Assembly: GCA_937899865.1 (NCBI GenBank)
Contig: CALBRH010000001.1
Location: 1-64,000 of the forward strand
Length of the DNA: 64,000 nt
Direction of reading: 5' to 3'
DNA from: an uncultured euryarchaeote
GTDB taxonomy: Archaea > Thermoplasmatota > Poseidoniia > Poseidoniales > Poseidoniaceae
Shown here one piece after another: positions 37,398-47,933 of this stretch (positions are counted from its first letter, which is position 1; each line of letters begins with the position of its first letter). Below the pieces are notes generated by a model. It was not told the origin of the DNA, did no database searches, and was given only the letters and a program-made list of their open reading frames with translations. The position numbers and the translations under genes were made by a program.

Positions 37398-38996
37398 TTG
37401 ATTCACCCAAGTGTTATAGTTATCCAATGCATGTCATCAAGTGCATCGGCAGGGGGTAATGGTATGGCGAGAAAGCGTGGGAAGCGCGGAGATTCGAAAA
37501 AACGGCAGCGTGCACGTCAACGCGCACAGTATGATGAACTGGACAAATATCCCGTAATGCCACCCCATGCATTCGCTCGAATTGTACGTGATAGAGCAAC
37601 ACTAAACATCATTTATCAAATCATTGAACCACCTATGACTAAGAAAGAACAACAATATCGTGAAGAAATAATGGATATATTCATTCGTTCGTTGACAGCA
37701 AACATCGATGAGATAGACGCTAATCCCGAAGCATATCTTAGAACTGCCATGGACAAAGTAATCAAATCCTATGGTATGAAAATCAATAAAAAATCAAAAT
37801 CAAAGATTTTTTACTATTTACGAAGAGATCTAATCGGCTATGGCGACATGGATGTTTTGATGAATGATGCTAACGTTGAAGATATTTCACTTGATGGTAC
37901 TAATATACCGATATTTGCTTACCATAGAAAATTTGAATCCGTAGAAACGACTTGTATTTGGGAAACTGATGATGAATTGGAATCTTATGTAATTAAGTTG
38001 GCTCAAAGATGTGGTAAGCACATATCAGTTGCAGATCCACTTCTGGATGCAACTCTGATGGATGGTTCAAGAATCGTTATGAAGCTTGGACACGAAGTTT
38101 CAACTAGAGGGTCTTCATTTTGTATTAGAAGATTCAAAGATGACCCGTTCTCTCCAGCAGATATCATTGCATTTAGAACAATGTCTTCTCTAATGGTTTC
38201 CTATCTTTGGATCGCTTTCCAAAATGAAGTGCCGATGTTGTTTGTCGGTGGTACTGCATCAGGTAAAACAACAACTTTGAACGCAATGTGTATTTTTATT
38301 CCGTGGCAGATGAAGATTGTTTCAATTGAATCTACTAGAGAGGTAAATATTCCTCAACCAAACTGGGTTCCTGGTTTGACTCGACAAGGTTTTGGTGGTG
38401 AATCTACAGAAGGTGTAATTGGTGAGTTCGAATTATTGAAAGCGGCATTAAGAGAGCGTCCAGAATATATTATTGTAGGTGAAATTCGTGGTGCAGAAGC
38501 TTATGTTCTATTCCAAGCTATGGCAACAGGTCACTGTGCATATTCTACCGTTCACGCAGATTCAGTACCTTCTCTTGTTCATCGATTAGAGAACAAACCA
38601 ATTGACATTCCACGTGTACTGTTGCCGGCACTTGAAGCCTGTTCAATTCAGATTCAAACTAGAATTAATGGTAAGCGTGTTCGTAGAACTAAGCAATTAG
38701 TTGAAATTGTTGGTATCGATCCTAACTCGTTGGAAGTGATTACCAATGAAGTGTTCCGCTGGGATGTGACCTCAGATGACTTCATTTTCAGCGGGAAATC
38801 ATATGTTTTAGAGAAGATTATGGTTAAGTTGAATTATTCACAAGATGACATGCGTAGAGAACTAAGAACTCGAAAGAGAATTCTAGAATGGATGGTTCTT
38901 AACGATATTAGGAAGGCTGATCAAGTATCACAAATCGTTACAGAATATTATGTACGTCCAAATGAGATTCTGGCTCGTGTTGACGGTCTGCGTTGA
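37398..38996 (+). CDS. Type IV pilus/T2SS assembly ATPase (ArlI/PilB-like); start may be ATG 37431 or 37464
   Basis: GGTASGKTT, ALRERPEYIIVGEIRG.EA, ATGH..YST.HA. Confidence 0.93.
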   Translation: MIHPSVIVIQCMSSSASAGGNGMARKRGKRGDSKKRQRARQRAQYDELDKYPVMPPHAFARIVRDRATLNIIYQIIEPPMTKKEQQYREEIMDIFIRSLTANIDEIDANPEAYLRTAMDKVIKSYGMKINKKSKSKIFYYLRRDLIGYGDMDVLMNDANVEDISLDGTNIPIFAYHRKFESVETTCIWETDDELESYVIKLAQRCGKHISVADPLLDATLMDGSRIVMKLGHEVSTRGSSFCIRRFKDDPFSPADIIAFRTMSSLMVSYLWIAFQNEVPMLFVGGTASGKTTTLNAMCIFIPWQMKIVSIESTREVNIPQPNWVPGLTRQGFGGESTEGVIGEFELLKAALRERPEYIIVGEIRGAEAYVLFQAMATGHCAYSTVHADSVPSLVHRLENKPIDIPRVLLPALEACSIQIQTRINGKRVRRTKQLVEIVGIDPNSLEVITNEVFRWDVTSDDFIFSGKSYVLEKIMVKLNYSQDDMRRELRTRKRILEWMVLNDIRKADQVSQIVTEYYVRPNEILARVDGLR

Positions 38997-39010
38997 TAGG
39001 GAGGATTTAG

Positions 39011-40030
39011 ATGGAGCTAACCGCTTGGCAAAGATTCTGTAATAGAATCCTTGGTAGAATTCTAAAAAAGCGTGCGCGTAGAGACACTGCTCTCTCAGAG
39101 AATCTTGTCAAAAGTTCGATGGGAGTAATGCCTGAAGTTTACTTGTCGACAGTAATCTTCACATCATTTGCAATTGCTCTAGTATGTTGGGGAATAATTG
39201 GTATTTTCTTCTTACCTGAGGTTGGTGTGATTGCATTTTGGGAAAGTCTACAAGATCCAGCAAGTATCAACCCTTGTCTTGATTGGGAGTATTGGGAGCC
39301 TGAACTTGTCGATAAATCAAAGCCCGGTAATGGCTGCCCTGAATATGCAACAAGAGTATTTCCTGCTCCAATCAAAATATTTATTTTAGTAGCATTAGGT
39401 GCAATTGCTCCTTATTCAGGTTTTTTACTTGTCCGTAGTAGTGCAAAGCGTGAAGCAGATCGCAGAGGCGCTCAAATTGAGAAATATCTGCCATATGCAT
39501 CATCATACACAGCAGCTATGTCAGCAGCCAATGCAACACCAGCCAAAATTTTCCGTTCACTGGCTATGAATAAAGACATTTATGGAGAAGTATCAGAGGA
39601 TGCAGGTCTTATTTATCGAGATGTAACATTATTAGGTTATGATTTAATTACCGCGATTAAACTAAGTGTAGATCGTGCAGCATCAGTTTGGTTGACAGAG
39701 TTCTTCCAAGGTATGGTAGGTACTCTCACTTCTGGAGGTCATTTGAAGTTGTATTTCTTGAATCGTGCAGAACACTACATGAGAGAAAATAGAACAAGAT
39801 TACAACAATTCCTTGAAACTATTGCATTGCTCGCAGAATCCTATATTGTAGTTGCCGTAGCAATGCCTCTATTTTTGATTGTAATGTTAGTAATTATGTT
39901 CTGGGTTTCAGGTTCAGGTGCTCAGATGTCAGAAGGGATGTTATATGGTATTGTTCTTGGTTTTATCCCAATGATCCATGTTGCTTATTCTGTCTTGGTT
40001 TATACTAGCAGTAAGGAACAGGAGATGTGA
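39011..40030 (+). CDS. T2SS F-family (PilC/TadC-like) membrane platform protein 1
   Basis: IEKYLPYA..Y.AAMS, YGEVSE, GYDL..AI, LLAESY; follows the ATPase. Confidence 0.88.
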   Translation: MELTAWQRFCNRILGRILKKRARRDTALSENLVKSSMGVMPEVYLSTVIFTSFAIALVCWGIIGIFFLPEVGVIAFWESLQDPASINPCLDWEYWEPELVDKSKPGNGCPEYATRVFPAPIKIFILVALGAIAPYSGFLLVRSSAKREADRRGAQIEKYLPYASSYTAAMSAANATPAKIFRSLAMNKDIYGEVSEDAGLIYRDVTLLGYDLITAIKLSVDRAASVWLTEFFQGMVGTLTSGGHLKLYFLNRAEHYMRENRTRLQQFLETIALLAESYIVVAVAMPLFLIVMLVIMFWVSGSGAQMSEGMLYGIVLGFIPMIHVAYSVLVYTSSKEQEM

Positions 40031-40039
40031 GTTGATATT

Positions 40040-41659
40040 ATGGCTAGGAAGAAAAAGAAAAAACTAGTTGTAGAACTAGATCTTCCCAAAGATGATACAA
40101 CGTTAAAGAAACTTTACATTATCATATTTTTCTCTATAATTCTTGGTCTATCTTCCGGAATAATGTGGGTAACAAATTCTGGATTTATTCCAACTGCTAA
40201 TGGCGAGCCAATGTTTACTAATGTTTACTGTGGGGCAACAGCTCAAGATGACATTGGAACAGACTTCGCTGCAGAATTTAGTGGCAATGTAAAACCTTCA
40301 TATCAAGCCAATGAATCATGTGCAATTCTAAAAGATAATCCAGACAAATTGGAATGGTCTGAACAGCCATGGAAAAACATTGTTTCCCGAGCAAAAAAGT
40401 TTGATGTCCCTGGCATGTCTGAACAGTTCAAGGGCGATGTTGTTGTTGAACAGCCTTTGTCACTTTCATGTAGTGTTGAAGCAGCCACTCCCACAGAATA
40501 CACTGTGGTAATTAGAGATCCAGATCTAAATGTATTGCCAGGCGGTTCATTCACTGGAACTACAGGTAAAGCAAGTGATGTTTGTAATATTGAAATCGAG
40601 GACATAGCACCGGATAATAGATATGAGGTCGCTATTTTCTCGAATGAAGAAGGTAAGAGATTAAGTTCTGCTCAATTTGACCTCACTTTAGATTTCTATG
40701 ACGGTATTCCAACTAATATGAATAATAAATCATTTTGGATTGGTCCTAAAGTAGAACTTGGCCCATTTGATTTTAGGCCAATGATATTCTTGAATTTCTT
40801 TGGCTTAACCTTCTTCTTTTTACTATATCCAGCTTCATTTTATTGGGAAAAGGTCGAAAAAAGAAAGAATGAAATTGAAGAAAAATTCCCTGATTTCTTA
40901 AGAGATATGGCAGAATATTGGAAAGGTGGTCTTTCCATGACGGTTGCTGTTCAAACTTTAGTAAAATCAGAATATGGGGCATTAAATGATGAAGTAAAGA
41001 AAATGTCAGATCAACTTAGTTGGGGAATCAAATTTAGTGATGTTATCAAGCAGTTTTCTGAGCGAGTCGGCACTCCATTAGTCAAGCGTGCAATTACCCT
41101 AATTGCTGAAGCAGATAGAGCGGGTGGTAAAATATCAGATATTTTGGTTACTGCTGCTAATGATTCACGTGAAATCAAGTTCTTAGAAGGTGAGAGAAGT
41201 CGTGCAATTGGCTCGTACATTGCGGTTATTTGGACTTCATACTTCGTTTTCTTGGGTGTAATTACTTTGCTTGGTAGAATCTTTATTCCTGCTATCGCAT
41301 CATCAAACACAGGAGGAGAAGGTGGCGATTCTGGTGGTGCAAACATAGGTAACATGTCAATTAGAGCAATTGATCCATTGTTTTTCGTAACCGTGTTTTA
41401 CTATGGTGTTACAATGCAAGCCATTGGTAATGGTTCGATGGCAGGTTTGATGCAAAATGGTCGCTTTTCTGCAGGTTTCAAACATTCAGGCATGATGATT
41501 ATTGTAGCTCTAATTGCATTTAATTTGTTGGTGTTTAGTCCAAATTTGATTGGTGAATCAAGTTATGCTTTCTCTCAATTAATAGTCACTGGTGATTCAA
41601 CATACCATATCGGCTTGAATCCATCTGGCGGAGTATATGCTCCTTCACCAATAATTTGA
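40040..41659 (+). CDS. T2SS F-family membrane platform protein 2 with a large extracytoplasmic insert
   Basis: FPDFLRDMAE..KGG, YGAL..E, QLSWG, EADRAGG; a ~200-aa soluble region follows TM1. Confidence 0.88.
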   Translation: MARKKKKKLVVELDLPKDDTTLKKLYIIIFFSIILGLSSGIMWVTNSGFIPTANGEPMFTNVYCGATAQDDIGTDFAAEFSGNVKPSYQANESCAILKDNPDKLEWSEQPWKNIVSRAKKFDVPGMSEQFKGDVVVEQPLSLSCSVEAATPTEYTVVIRDPDLNVLPGGSFTGTTGKASDVCNIEIEDIAPDNRYEVAIFSNEEGKRLSSAQFDLTLDFYDGIPTNMNNKSFWIGPKVELGPFDFRPMIFLNFFGLTFFFLLYPASFYWEKVEKRKNEIEEKFPDFLRDMAEYWKGGLSMTVAVQTLVKSEYGALNDEVKKMSDQLSWGIKFSDVIKQFSERVGTPLVKRAITLIAEADRAGGKISDILVTAANDSREIKFLEGERSRAIGSYIAVIWTSYFVFLGVITLLGRIFIPAIASSNTGGEGGDSGGANIGNMSIRAIDPLFFVTVFYYGVTMQAIGNGSMAGLMQNGRFSAGFKHSGMMIIVALIAFNLLVFSPNLIGESSYAFSQLIVTGDSTYHIGLNPSGGVYAPSPII

Positions 41660-41671
41660 GGAGATGATTTC

Positions 41672-42112
41672 CTGCGTGACGAAGAGGGCGCCCAAATTCA
41701 CATCCTCGAGATGCTTACATTGTTTTGGCTATTTTTTATGTCAGCAACTTTTCTAATTAGAATTGATGTCCCTGATTCTCGCTCAGTTGCTCATGATGCT
41801 AGCCTTGAGGCAGCCGGAGAATCAGTTTTGCAATATGGTTTGGGTTTAGATGCAGAGGTAACTGGCGAAAATCGTCTGACAGAGTTGTTGTCTCAATCTG
41901 ATTATGATGGTGCATGTACATTACTTCAAGATGCACTAATGTCAGGTAAAGAAGCTAATTGTTGGTTAGCAAAGAATAGTGCAACATCTAATCCATACGG
42001 ATTGGTTGGTACACCATCGGGAAATACAGTAACAGTCCATCAATTAGTGACAGTTGATGAAAATGTTTGGACAATCAGTTTAACTTTGTGGAATATAGGA
42101 GGTGGCGCTTAA
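41672..42112 (+). CDS. Pilin-like protein with class III signal peptide (likely starts upstream of track ATG 41711)
   Basis: The in-frame upstream sequence reads LRDEEG/AQIHILEMLTLFWLFF. A GAGGAG RBS lies 8 nt before CTG 41672. Confidence 0.65.
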   Translation: MRDEEGAQIHILEMLTLFWLFFMSATFLIRIDVPDSRSVAHDASLEAAGESVLQYGLGLDAEVTGENRLTELLSQSDYDGACTLLQDALMSGKEANCWLAKNSATSNPYGLVGTPSGNTVTVHQLVTVDENVWTISLTLWNIGGGA

Positions 42113-42549
42113 TGAAGCATAGTCAACAAGTTGGCGATGATAGAGGACAAATGCTGCTTGCAACAGGTGTAGTTCTATTGCTTTCATTATTGTCTATGGC
42201 AGTATTTAGTGTCAAAGTGGCAGGTTTAACTTCTGCCCATGAACCAAATGCAGATTCTGTAATTGAAACAACAAAGGAAGTTGTTGACATATTACCTTCA
42301 CTGGCTGAAAATCGTACAGAGATATGGATTTCAAGTGGCATGGAACGGATTGACGCAGCAGAATTGGCTATGTCAAGTATTCATGATGATTTATTACATC
42401 ATGGGGAAATTAGAGGAGTTGAAGTAAAAATGCAGGAAATCATAGTTTCGGTAATTGATGGAACAACGATGGAAATCTCACTTGACTTAGGAATCACAGA
42501 CGATTCTTCAACTTTACAAAGTCAAGTTACTTTCACTATCAATAATTAA
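42112..42549 (+). CDS. Pilin-like protein with class III signal peptide
   Basis: MKHSQQVGDDRG/QMLLATGVVLLLSLLSMAVF; TAATG-coupled to the previous gene. Confidence 0.75.
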   Translation: MKHSQQVGDDRGQMLLATGVVLLLSLLSMAVFSVKVAGLTSAHEPNADSVIETTKEVVDILPSLAENRTEIWISSGMERIDAAELAMSSIHDDLLHHGEIRGVEVKMQEIIVSVIDGTTMEISLDLGITDDSSTLQSQVTFTINN

Positions 42550-43229
42550 CTACGACTTTGATTCCAAGCCACATCTAAATGATGTTCAATTTTCTCTAAA
42601 TCACTAGAAACTCGAGAAATATCAACTACGGGCCAAGATGAAATCTTTGATCTTTCAATTAAACCATCTTGTATTCTTCTTATGCGTTCGAAGTTGGCAA
42701 TGTAACGATCGTGCCTCCTAAATGAATGGGCATCTCGAGATTTTATCATTGATTTATGCTTCTCTTCATCACTAACGGCCATAATCACACCAACTGCAAT
42801 ACCCCCAGAATCAATCCAACTACGAATTAAACGATCACTTGGGATAATGTGAACTCCCTCTAATAACAAGTCAATACCTTCTCTCATGGCTCGATTTATT
42901 GTCGCCTCTATGCCTTTTTCCACAGCTTGACAAGTATCAATCCAGTCTAGTATCGCATCATTCGAATCACCAATTGAAAAAGACGATCTATGTAGAGCGG
43001 GATCGGTTTGAAGTTCATCTGTTGAGCGTAGAATCTCTCTAATTGCATCCGTTGAAATCAACCGAGCAAAATTGCTTTTTGCAGCAATTTTCATTGATAC
43101 AGTTGACTTTCCTGTGCCCGTTGCTCCAGCAATAATTAGCAATCTCGGAGGTCTGTTGGCAATAGTCTTAGCTGTTGTATCAGCAAGACCAATTGTTCGA
43201 GCCATGGTGCATGTATGGTGAACTGTCAA
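42546..43229 (-). CDS. 2-phosphoglycerate kinase-like P-loop protein; start may be ATG 43205
   Basis: GATGTGKSTV, ISTDAIREILR, LLEGVHI.P, IRRIQD.L. Confidence 0.78.
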   Translation of the reverse strand: MTVHHTCTMARTIGLADTTAKTIANRPPRLLIIAGATGTGKSTVSMKIAAKSNFARLISTDAIREILRSTDELQTDPALHRSSFSIGDSNDAILDWIDTCQAVEKGIEATINRAMREGIDLLLEGVHIIPSDRLIRSWIDSGGIAVGVIMAVSDEEKHKSMIKSRDAHSFRRHDRYIANFERIRRIQDGLIERSKISSWPVVDISRVSSDLEKIEHHLDVAWNQSRS

Positions 43230-43322
43230 TTATAGTTATCATGGTAAAAACACCAAATTTTGTTGGTTATTGGGCTTACATTATGAGCGAACACCTTTGA
43301 ATAGAAACTTTGTCGGCTAATT

Positions 43323-44759
43323 ATGAGCGCAGAAAAAATGTATATTGCGGGAGATTGGGTTGATTCAGATAATGGAGATGTTAGTAATGCAATTAATCCT
43401 GCAACAGGAAAATCAATTTCAACCGTTCCAAAAGCAACATTGAATGATGTTGACCGCTGTGTGGAGGCGGCAAATTCTGCGTTACAAAGTTCTGAATGGA
43501 AAAATATGGATCCTGCCCAAAGAGGACGTATTTTGAATAAAATGGCTGCAGTAACTTATGGTGCTGCTAAGGAATTAGCAAAGATAGAATCGGAAAATAA
43601 TGGTAAAACCTTCCGAGAAGCACTTTCTGAGATTCGCTATGGTGCATGGACTTTGGAGTACTTTGCCGGATTAGCTGATAAGATCGAGGGCAGTACTATA
43701 CCAGTCCCAGGTAATAGATTGAATTACACATTAAGACAACCTATTGGAGTTACGGCACACATTGTTCCATGGAATTTCCCACTACAATTAGCGTTACGTT
43801 CAATTGCACCTGCGCTTGCTGCAGGTTGTACAGTTATTGCAAAACCGGCATCATGGACACCGCTTTCTCTTCTAGCATGGATGAAAAAGATTGACGAAGC
43901 AGAAGTTGGACTACCATCAGGGGTATTGCAAGTCATCACTGGTTCAGGCGGATTGGTTGGTGACGCACTTGCTGGGCACAAAGGAGTCGATGGAATTGTG
44001 CTAACTGGAGGAGTGCCAACTGGTAAAACTGTGATGGCAAAAGCGAGCGAGAATCTAACGCCAGTCACTCTTGAACTAGGCGGTAAAGGTGCAAATATTG
44101 TGTTTCCAGATGCTAATCTGAAGTATGCTGCTAAAGCAATTTGTTTTGGAATATTTATGAATGCAGGACAGATGTGTTGGGCCGGTTCAAGATTGCTTGT
44201 TCATGAAGATATTCATGATGAATTAGTTGAAGCAGTAGTTGCTGAAGTCGGTAAATGGAAAGTTGGTCCGGGCATGGCAGAAGGAGTTAGAATCGGTAGC
44301 CTCGTCCATGAATCACATCGTTCTGAAGTATTAGAAAAACTTGCCAACGGAATCTCTCATGGTGGCGAAATTGTATGTGGTGGTAACGCAGTAAGTGGAG
44401 ATGGAGCTTTCATGGAAGCAACAGTAGTTACTGGAGTAGATGTAGAAAATCCATTATTTTATGATGAGTTATTTGGACCTGTTTTGTCAGTGACCAAATT
44501 TTCAACTGATGAAGAGGCTTTGTCTTTAGCCAATCATTCCGATTTCGGATTATTGAACGGAGTATGGACAAATGATCTTAGTAGGGCTCACAATTTAGCA
44601 CGTGATCTTGAATCCGGTATGGTTTCGATAAATGAATATCCAATTACTTTCCCACAAACCGCATTTACTGGCTGGAAACAATCGGGAATTGGTATTGAGC
44701 AAAGCAAGGACGCACTTCGCTTCTATACTAAAGTAAAGAACGTAAATGTCAAACTTTGA
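43323..44759 (+). CDS. NAD(P)-dependent aldehyde dehydrogenase
   Basis: PWNFP, KP, LELGGK, GQMCWAGS (catalytic Cys), ELFGPV. Confidence 0.95.
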   Translation: MSAEKMYIAGDWVDSDNGDVSNAINPATGKSISTVPKATLNDVDRCVEAANSALQSSEWKNMDPAQRGRILNKMAAVTYGAAKELAKIESENNGKTFREALSEIRYGAWTLEYFAGLADKIEGSTIPVPGNRLNYTLRQPIGVTAHIVPWNFPLQLALRSIAPALAAGCTVIAKPASWTPLSLLAWMKKIDEAEVGLPSGVLQVITGSGGLVGDALAGHKGVDGIVLTGGVPTGKTVMAKASENLTPVTLELGGKGANIVFPDANLKYAAKAICFGIFMNAGQMCWAGSRLLVHEDIHDELVEAVVAEVGKWKVGPGMAEGVRIGSLVHESHRSEVLEKLANGISHGGEIVCGGNAVSGDGAFMEATVVTGVDVENPLFYDELFGPVLSVTKFSTDEEALSLANHSDFGLLNGVWTNDLSRAHNLARDLESGMVSINEYPITFPQTAFTGWKQSGIGIEQSKDALRFYTKVKNVNVKL

Positions 44760-44768
44760 GGCCTATAT

Positions 44769-45551
44769 ATGCCAGTTGAAACTAGTAACTTAGGTGACGG
44801 TGTTGCATTGGTGACAATGGCAGGTAAATCTGCCACTCAATCCTTTTCAATGGAATTTTTACCACAAATCGCTGAAGCGATAGATTCGGCTTTGTCCGAT
44901 AAATCAATCAAGGCAATTGTCATTACAGGCGAGGGTAAATTCTTCTCAGCAGGTGCTGATATCAATGCTTTTGCTAAGTCAATTGAAAATAATGATGCTC
45001 CAAAATTGATTCGCGATTTAACAGGAATATTACATCCATTAATCGTTAGAATAAGGCAATCACCAACCATTTGCGTTGCAGCAATAAATGGTGCTTGTGC
45101 AGGTGGCGGGCTGGGACTCGCTCTAGCATGTGATGTTAGAATCGCCACCTCTGGTGCAAAAATAGCAGCCTCTTATTCCGGCATGGGCTTATCTCCAGAT
45201 GGTGGGACTACATGGTTGCTACCGAGACTGGTAGGAACTCAGAATAGCCGCAAATTTTTCTTTGAAAACAGTATTTGGAATGCTCAACAATCACTTGATT
45301 ATGGTGCAATTGATGAATTGGTTGAATCTTCAGAATTATTGTCACGGGCAACTGAAGTTGCAAAACTTTGGAGTTCTTGGGGCCAACACACTAAAGAAGC
45401 TACTAAACATCTGCTCGATGTACAAACTCACCATGATTTTGAAACACATCTAAAGCATGAGAGAACTCTAATTGAAGCAGCAGGAACAACTGATGCTTTC
45501 AAAGAAGGAGTTGCAGCATTTTTGGAAAAGCGTAAGCCCAATTTTGATTAG
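44769..45551 (+). CDS. Crotonase-family isomerase, PaaG-type
   Basis: FFSAGADI. Both usual catalytic Glu are absent (GGGLGLA; SYSGMG) and the Asp in GLSPDGG is kept, as in PaaG. Confidence 0.78.
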   Translation: MPVETSNLGDGVALVTMAGKSATQSFSMEFLPQIAEAIDSALSDKSIKAIVITGEGKFFSAGADINAFAKSIENNDAPKLIRDLTGILHPLIVRIRQSPTICVAAINGACAGGGLGLALACDVRIATSGAKIAASYSGMGLSPDGGTTWLLPRLVGTQNSRKFFFENSIWNAQQSLDYGAIDELVESSELLSRATEVAKLWSSWGQHTKEATKHLLDVQTHHDFETHLKHERTLIEAAGTTDAFKEGVAAFLEKRKPNFD

Positions 45552-46438
45552 AACTCTGGCATTTCAGTTTCTTCTGCTGTGCCATTTGACCAATCATAAA
45601 TGCCCATTCCAGTTTTTTTGCCCAATCGATTTTCACTGACTAATTTCTCAAGTAGTGGATGAGGTGCGTATGAATCATCATCAAACGATTCTTGTAGATT
45701 TTTTAATATGTCTCTTCTAACATCAAGACCAACAAGGTCTGTAAGTTCTAATGGACCCATCGGGTGCTTGTAACCTAGTACCATTGCGGTGTCAATATCC
45801 TTGGCACTAGCAACTCCATCGGCTAGCATTTTAATTGCTTCATTTCCAAGAACAACTCCTAACCTAGATGTTGCAAAACCAGGAACATCATTAACCAATA
45901 TTGTAGTTTTATTTATTGCATCACCAAACTCTTTAGCAACTTCAATCGTTTCTTTAGAACATTGATCATGTTTTACTAATTCAAGTAATTTCATTATTGG
46001 TACAGGGTTGAAAAAATGCATCCCAATGACTTTCTCAGGACGTCCTGATGCTGCAGCAATATCAGCAATAGATAGAGAGGAAGTGTTTGTTCCCAAGATA
46101 CATTCTTCCTTTGTTTCAATTCCAAGTACGTGGAATATCCTAGCCTTTATTTGTAAATTTTCGGGGACGGCTTCAATTACTAGATCAACATCTTTTACCG
46201 CAGCAGGTAAATCTTGATACGCGTGAAGATTAGTTGCCCACTTCTTTTTCTGTTCAAGCGTAGTTTTACCTCGAGCTATCCCCTTTTCCCAAAATGCATC
46301 AATCGCTTTCATACCTTTGTCTAAGCCATCAGGAAATGCATCATACAAATTGGTTTTCCATCCTGCTTGAGCACAAACTTGAGCAATTCCTGCTCCCATA
46401 GTTCCAGCGCCAATTATTGCAACTTTGGTAATGCCCAT
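45548..46438 (-). CDS. 3-hydroxyacyl-CoA dehydrogenase (PaaH/Hbd-like)
   Basis: GAGTMGAGIA, EAVPE, NTSSL, MHFFNP, GPLELTDLVGLD. Confidence 0.93.
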   Translation of the reverse strand: MGITKVAIIGAGTMGAGIAQVCAQAGWKTNLYDAFPDGLDKGMKAIDAFWEKGIARGKTTLEQKKKWATNLHAYQDLPAAVKDVDLVIEAVPENLQIKARIFHVLGIETKEECILGTNTSSLSIADIAAASGRPEKVIGMHFFNPVPIMKLLELVKHDQCSKETIEVAKEFGDAINKTTILVNDVPGFATSRLGVVLGNEAIKMLADGVASAKDIDTAMVLGYKHPMGPLELTDLVGLDVRRDILKNLQESFDDDSYAPHPLLEKLVSENRLGKKTGMGIYDWSNGTAEETEMPEF

Positions 46439-46439
46439 A

Positions 46440-47384
46440 TTACATGCCAATCGGTGATGCTTCATCATGGTTGCTTGTCAGAGAATTATTTCGCTGGGCA
46501 ATTATAACTCCTCCAGTAATTAGTATGAATGCGAAAAATAGGGATATACCGAGTTTCTCTTGCAATAATAAAAATCCACCAATAATACCAAACGGTGGTA
46601 CAAGGTAAACATATAGTGCACTCATAGAAGCACCGATTTTCACAATACCATCGGCAAACCAAACATATGATATTACAGTTGAAAATAGAGCTAAGAAGAT
46701 TAATCCGACCCATCCATTAAAACTGGGCATAATTATTCCTTTAGTTGCCGATTCAACAGCGACCATAGGTGTTAAAATTATCAGACCGGCTACAGAAGAC
46801 CAAACCGTCAATTCAAGAGGATTAAGTGGTTTTTGCGCTGCTTTAGCTGGAGACGTCATTGCCTTTTTCATCAGTATAGTATTACATGCCCAAGATAATG
46901 CAGCCCCTGCAATCAAAATATTTCCTAGAATTCTATCAGATAATGGTATGTCAACATTTGGCGAATAATAGAATAGAATTGCTACCCCGCTAACACCCAT
47001 TATCAAACCAATAACTAAGTTTAGATGCATTTTTTCGCCAAGAAAAATAACTGCTAAAATCGTAGTAAATAGTGGATTAAATGTAATCATTAAAGACGCA
47101 TCACCGGCAGCAGTAAATTGCATTCCATACATGAAAAATGCTTGATAAACAACGGTTGAAAAGAAACCAATGAGAAAAATTCTTCCCCATTCTGCTCGGT
47201 TTGGAAACATCCATTGCCCAGTCAGTCTTAAGAAAATTAGAAAACTTACAGTAGCAATTACATATCGTAGCCATGATGCGGTGAATGGTAGAATATCATT
47301 TGCTACCACTCTTCCTGCAGGCCAACCAAAGCCCCAAATTACTGCTACCAAAAACAACTTAAAATGAATCAAAAAATTATTCAT
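46440..47384 (-). CDS. DMT/EamA family transporter
   Basis: Ten TM segments in two EamA repeats (IWGFGWPA...; Y.VPPFG). Confidence 0.9.
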   Translation of the reverse strand: MNNFLIHFKLFLVAVIWGFGWPAGRVVANDILPFTASWLRYVIATVSFLIFLRLTGQWMFPNRAEWGRIFLIGFFSTVVYQAFFMYGMQFTAAGDASLMITFNPLFTTILAVIFLGEKMHLNLVIGLIMGVSGVAILFYYSPNVDIPLSDRILGNILIAGAALSWACNTILMKKAMTSPAKAAQKPLNPLELTVWSSVAGLIILTPMVAVESATKGIIMPSFNGWVGLIFLALFSTVISYVWFADGIVKIGASMSALYVYLVPPFGIIGGFLLLQEKLGISLFFAFILITGGVIIAQRNNSLTSNHDEASPIGM

Positions 47385-47917
47385 TCAAATCGCTCCAAAC
47401 CTAGTTGGAGCATTCTTGATCTAGGGAGTCCAATTTCTGGAAGACCTTTAGCAGGCGCATATATCTTCAAACCTTCAATTCTTGAAACATACAGGCCATA
47501 ACTTGCCATATCATCCAGTTTGTAAGGTGTTTCAAGCCCCATTTCGGTTAGTGCATCACAGGCTTTCTGACTGTAAATAGGGTATAAATTAGTAGAGAAA
47601 TGCATCCATTCAGAGATTCTCTGAGTATCAATTCCATCAATAGTCAAAAGATGTTGAAGTAGGGCGACGTCTGGATAAGAAACCGTTCGAATAATCATTT
47701 CAATTTCATTAGTGACTTCTTCTGGGAAAACGAAAGGTTGTCTTTGAGACCAATTTTCAGCGACTTTTATGTGCTCCATCGACGCTTTATCTTGAATAGC
47801 AAATATTGCTTTAGAATATTCTTCGTCATCAATACTGTCAGCAACAAGAGAAGGTAGTTTAGAATAGAAGTTTTCACATCTATCGACATCTACTCCGTAG
47901 AGGGAAACAGGGATCAT
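47381..47917 (-). CDS. Hypothetical protein, possibly a degenerate HhH/OGG-fold
   Basis: LLTIDGIDTQRISEWMHF...YPIYS; its stop overlaps the EamA start; SD GGTGGAG upstream. Confidence 0.6.
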   Translation of the reverse strand: MIPVSLYGVDVDRCENFYSKLPSLVADSIDDEEYSKAIFAIQDKASMEHIKVAENWSQRQPFVFPEEVTNEIEMIIRTVSYPDVALLQHLLTIDGIDTQRISEWMHFSTNLYPIYSQKACDALTEMGLETPYKLDDMASYGLYVSRIEGLKIYAPAKGLPEIGLPRSRMLQLGLERFE

Positions 47918-47933
47918 ATTGACTCCACCTTAA

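Noticed and set aside
37398-42549. Archaellum operon
   Set aside because: There are no archaellin or arlH genes, and there are two platform genes instead of one ArlJ.
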